42,533 nucleotides of DNA from the NCBI GenBank assembly GCA_021794425.1, contig JAJYQV010000037.1:1-42533 (forward strand), read 5' to 3'. Source of the DNA: a bacterium. Lineage in GTDB: Bacteria > Patescibacteriota > Minisyncoccia > Phycocordibacterales > Phycocordibacteraceae. Position 1 is the first letter of the stretch. Each line of letters starts with the position of its first letter. A program made the position numbers and the translations under genes. The notes below the pieces were generated by a model. That model searched no databases and was not told the DNA's origin. It saw only the letters and a list, made by a program, of their open reading frames with translations. Of the stretch, positions 39,946 to 42,533 are shown piece after piece.

Positions 39946-41112
39946 TTATTTTCCTTTCAGGAGATTATTTAGGCCGTGCCGCGCTCTCTCTATCAGATCA
40001 TCATAGGTCAAGATCTCAATCCAGTGCGTATACGCCATGAATCTTCGCAGACGTTTCGGGTCAGCGTTAACTGCTGTTTTGGTACCGGTACCATTTTGAA
40101 TCTCCCGGCGACCGATTAATAAGAATCCTTTTGGGCGGTAATAATTACCGCGTGTGTCGGTCAGGATTTCTTTTGAAGTCTCGTCGTCGTTTTGTTGTCG
40201 ATATTCACTGTAATAATACTCGAGATACCCGGTAAGTTGCCCTATTGCCTCACTAAGCTTGCGCGATGCAAATTGACGTCCTTGCGTATCCTCACGAAAA
40301 AGTTCCTCGGATGGAAGCTTTATCTCGAGTACGTCACTCATTCCGTCAATTCGTTTGAGTCTTGCGTCAGGAATGCCAGCTTCTCCTGCTCCCCTAACAT
40401 CCAGGGTCTCGTACTCGGGACCAAATATCCACGGCATCTTCCTCAATTCCGTCTGAATATCAGCAACCTCTTTTATACCTTTCTCGCCTATCAACTTTTC
40501 AAAAGAGTCCAGTGCGGATAATTTTTCTTCTATCTTCTCATGCGAAAGCCCTTTCTTTATCAACTCGGGTATATCTAAATCCGAACGAAGCAGCCCTTCG
40601 CTATATATAAAATTCACGATGTCTTTGCCCTTATCAGTGGCAAGTATGGTCTTCAATTGTTTTACTGTGTCTTCGTCCGCGTTTATTTGTGTAGACTCTA
40701 TTTGAAGCTTTTTCGCATCAATGCTAGGTAAATCAAGACTGCTGAGAAATTTGAAAAGACCAAATATTTTTTGGTAGGAAAGATACGGCAATTTCAACCC
40801 CTCCGTTCCATCGTAAATAAATTCTCTTTTCCGATTATACTTATACTTCGTAATCAGCACGTCTTCTATTTCTCCATGTTTTTTAATGTAGGTAAATCGA
40901 ATCTTGTATCTAGTTGGCGCTAAAATAGCATCCACTTCACGCGGACTTCCATCTTCATATCGAGTGATGACTGAAAAATACTTCCCCGCATCACTTTTCT
41001 TAAATGGGTCTACAAGAAGAGTGTCTACGTCACGATTGATCGTGTACTTCGGATCCTCTGGATCGAAGTATTCGTTTTGAGTAAAATCTCCCACTTCATT
41101 AGTCCCGTCCAT
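39946..41112 (-). CDS. Shedu-like (DUF4263, SduA-type) PD-(D/E)xK nuclease
   Basis: The C-terminal block PWIFGPEYETL...GIPDARL...SDVLEIKLPSEELF...AIGQLTGYLEYY...PKGFLLIGRR fits the DUF4263 pattern. The N-terminal ~230 aa are unassigned, and G+C is low. Confidence 0.6.
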   Translation of the reverse strand: MDGTNEVGDFTQNEYFDPEDPKYTINRDVDTLLVDPFKKSDAGKYFSVITRYEDGSPREVDAILAPTRYKIRFTYIKKHGEIEDVLITKYKYNRKREFIYDGTEGLKLPYLSYQKIFGLFKFLSSLDLPSIDAKKLQIESTQINADEDTVKQLKTILATDKGKDIVNFIYSEGLLRSDLDIPELIKKGLSHEKIEEKLSALDSFEKLIGEKGIKEVADIQTELRKMPWIFGPEYETLDVRGAGEAGIPDARLKRIDGMSDVLEIKLPSEELFREDTQGRQFASRKLSEAIGQLTGYLEYYYSEYRQQNDDETSKEILTDTRGNYYRPKGFLLIGRREIQNGTGTKTAVNADPKRLRRFMAYTHWIEILTYDDLIERARHGLNNLLKGK

Positions 41113-42533
41113 AAAATTCTTTGTTTAGCTTTTTGTCGGCCGGGGAGACATGGTAGGTGACGTCTTCTATCTCGCTCTTGTTCACATAGAGCTGGTTGTA
41201 GTCGAGGGACTCGAGGATGAAGCGCTTTTGATCGACGAGGGGGAGGGCGGCAAAATCTTTTGCCTCTTTGTTGAATTCCTTCATGTCGAGCTTGTAGCTC
41301 AAGAAGCCCTTCTCTTGTATCTCGTCCCAAACTTTCGCAAGCTCTTTCGCGTCCTTTGCCTTTTCAACCTTCTCTTTGAAGACCTGATTGAGCGGCATCA
41401 GCTCAGTGTAGACAAAAGAATCCTTCGATCCACACAACTCGAGCGCCTTAACAACGCGCGGAACAGTACAGAACTGCACATAGCCCATCTGCTCTGCAAG
41501 AATAAATTTCCTATTCCCGCCGTCCTTATTCAGCTCGATCACTGCATGCGCCGTAGTGCCACTCCCGCCAAAGAAGTCGAGAACGATGGCATCTTTGTCC
41601 TCCCCAACAACAGCGTGAAGACAATCATAGACATTCCACAACGACTTTGGGAAATCAAATTTGCAACTTGGAACTAGCTTCCGCACAATTTTCGTCCCAT
41701 ACTCATTCGCGTCATACCGCGGGTCTTCCCAAACAGTTCGATATACACCGAAGTCTTTACCTATTTCAATTTCGTATCCCGTCTTCGTGTGTTTTGCTTG
41801 CAAGAGTCCTTTGATGTCATCGGCACTCTGACGTGCGTAACGCCATTTTCTCTCAATTCCATTTTTGTCTATCGGATATACATAATACTCCTCACCTCTT
41901 TTCTCAGTCTGACATTGTGGATGCTGACTATCCGGCAGCACTTCACCGAAGCCTACAATCTGATCGTCCTTAACAATTACTGGATAAAAACAATTCTTTG
42001 CATCTGCCCGCGACGATTCACCGCCCCAATTTCTGAAGTTGGACAGACTTATCTCTTCTTCCTCAATCTTTCTACTTCCTATAGTCTTTAGCCCTTTTGG
42101 AATAACAAAGAGTGCGTATTCGTGCACATACGAGAAGTTGGTACCTTGTACCCCGCGAGGGTTGTGCACAATCGTGATGCAGTGGATTTCATATCCCGCA
42201 AACATTTCCTTCAACAGCAAAGTGAGGGCTGCTTGTTCATTCTCATCAATCGCAACAATCATCGCCCCCTCTTTCATCAAGAGCTTCTTTGCGACTTCAA
42301 GACGATTGCGCATGAAGGTGAGCCATGTCGATTCGTTGAAATTATTATTGTAGGCGAAAGTGTTCGACTTGCTGTCAGGATTATACGGCGGGTCGATGTA
42401 AATGAGCTTTACCTTGCCGGCGAAGCGGGCTTTGAGTGAGTGGAGGGCGAGGAGGTTGTTGCCCTTCACGATGAGGTTGTCTTTGATATCGCCGTTCTCG
42501 TCGGTCTTGAAGCCGTCGAGCGGGTGCTCGCCC
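41099..42533 (-). CDS. mod: Type III restriction-modification Mod methyltransferase (N-terminus beyond the window)
   Basis: The frame stays open to the window edge (...DNLIVKGNNLLALHSLK). It has motif IV IYIDPPYN followed by motif I FFGGSGTTAHAV, and low G+C. Confidence 0.85.
   Translation of the reverse strand, partial: GEHPLDGFKTDENGDIKDNLIVKGNNLLALHSLKARFAGKVKLIYIDPPYNPDSKSNTFAYNNNFNESTWLTFMRNRLEVAKKLLMKEGAMIVAIDENEQAALTLLLKEMFAGYEIHCITIVHNPRGVQGTNFSYVHEYALFVIPKGLKTIGSRKIEEEEISLSNFRNWGGESSRADAKNCFYPVIVKDDQIVGFGEVLPDSQHPQCQTEKRGEEYYVYPIDKNGIERKWRYARQSADDIKGLLQAKHTKTGYEIEIGKDFGVYRTVWEDPRYDANEYGTKIVRKLVPSCKFDFPKSLWNVYDCLHAVVGEDKDAIVLDFFGGSGTTAHAVIELNKDGGNRKFILAEQMGYVQFCTVPRVVKALELCGSKDSFVYTELMPLNQVFKEKVEKAKDAKELAKVWDEIQEKGFLSYKLDMKEFNKEAKDFAALPLVDQKRFILESLDYNQLYVNKSEIEDVTYHVSPADKKLNKEFYGRD

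Noticed and set aside
1-42533. CRISPR arrays, rRNA genes, transposase/IS elements, and reverse transcriptase (retron/DGR) signatures.
   Set aside because: No regularly spaced direct repeats, no rRNA-like conserved blocks, and no DDE/Tnp or RT (YxDD) ORFs were seen on either strand.

Overview
The window splits into three blocks.

(1) ~1-12.7 kb is an accessory, probably integrative, segment. By eye its G+C is lower than the core. It ends in a large serine recombinase next to tRNA-Ser(GGA). It carries:
- a LexA/S24-type repressor operon with a 3-TM protein and a ThsB-like TIR protein;
- a ParB-DNA methyltransferase fusion with a terminase-small-like HTH protein;
- a membrane-anchored HNH nuclease and a TM2/SHOCT protein;
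- a csoR-copA-CDF-HMA/TauE-cupredoxin metal-resistance operon.

(2) ~12.7-33.2 kb is a G+C-rich housekeeping core: htpX, a GGDEF protein, lemA, recG, tRNAs, ftsH, smpB, tmRNA, 3-methyladenine glycosylase, cfa, typA, an Nramp transporter, an ABC-F ATPase, a nitroreductase, a pseudouridine synthase, a GNAT-like protein and engB.

(3) ~33.4-42.5 kb is a mosaic defence island on the minus strand. In order it holds a type III mod (runs off the window end), a Shedu-like DUF4263 nuclease, a truncated res remnant, DUF3800, an acidic unknown protein, RhuM, a full-length res, a MoaD/ThiS-like gene and Mrr.

Five observations stand out:
(a) Halves of a tRNA-Val(UAC)-like gene flank an intact tRNA-Ile(UAU).
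(b) Several short AT-richer palindromes sit in frame inside recG and the ABC-F gene.
(c) The TIR/3-TM/S24 operon has no ThsA-type partner.
(d) Duplicated res 5' ends and duplicated 49-nt scars show cassette insertion in the restriction island.
(e) The low-GC mod gene is translationally coupled to the Shedu-like nuclease.

Gene content and style faintly suggest a small-genome (Patescibacteria-like) bacterium, but this is only an impression. All calls come from motif reading by eye; no searches were run.
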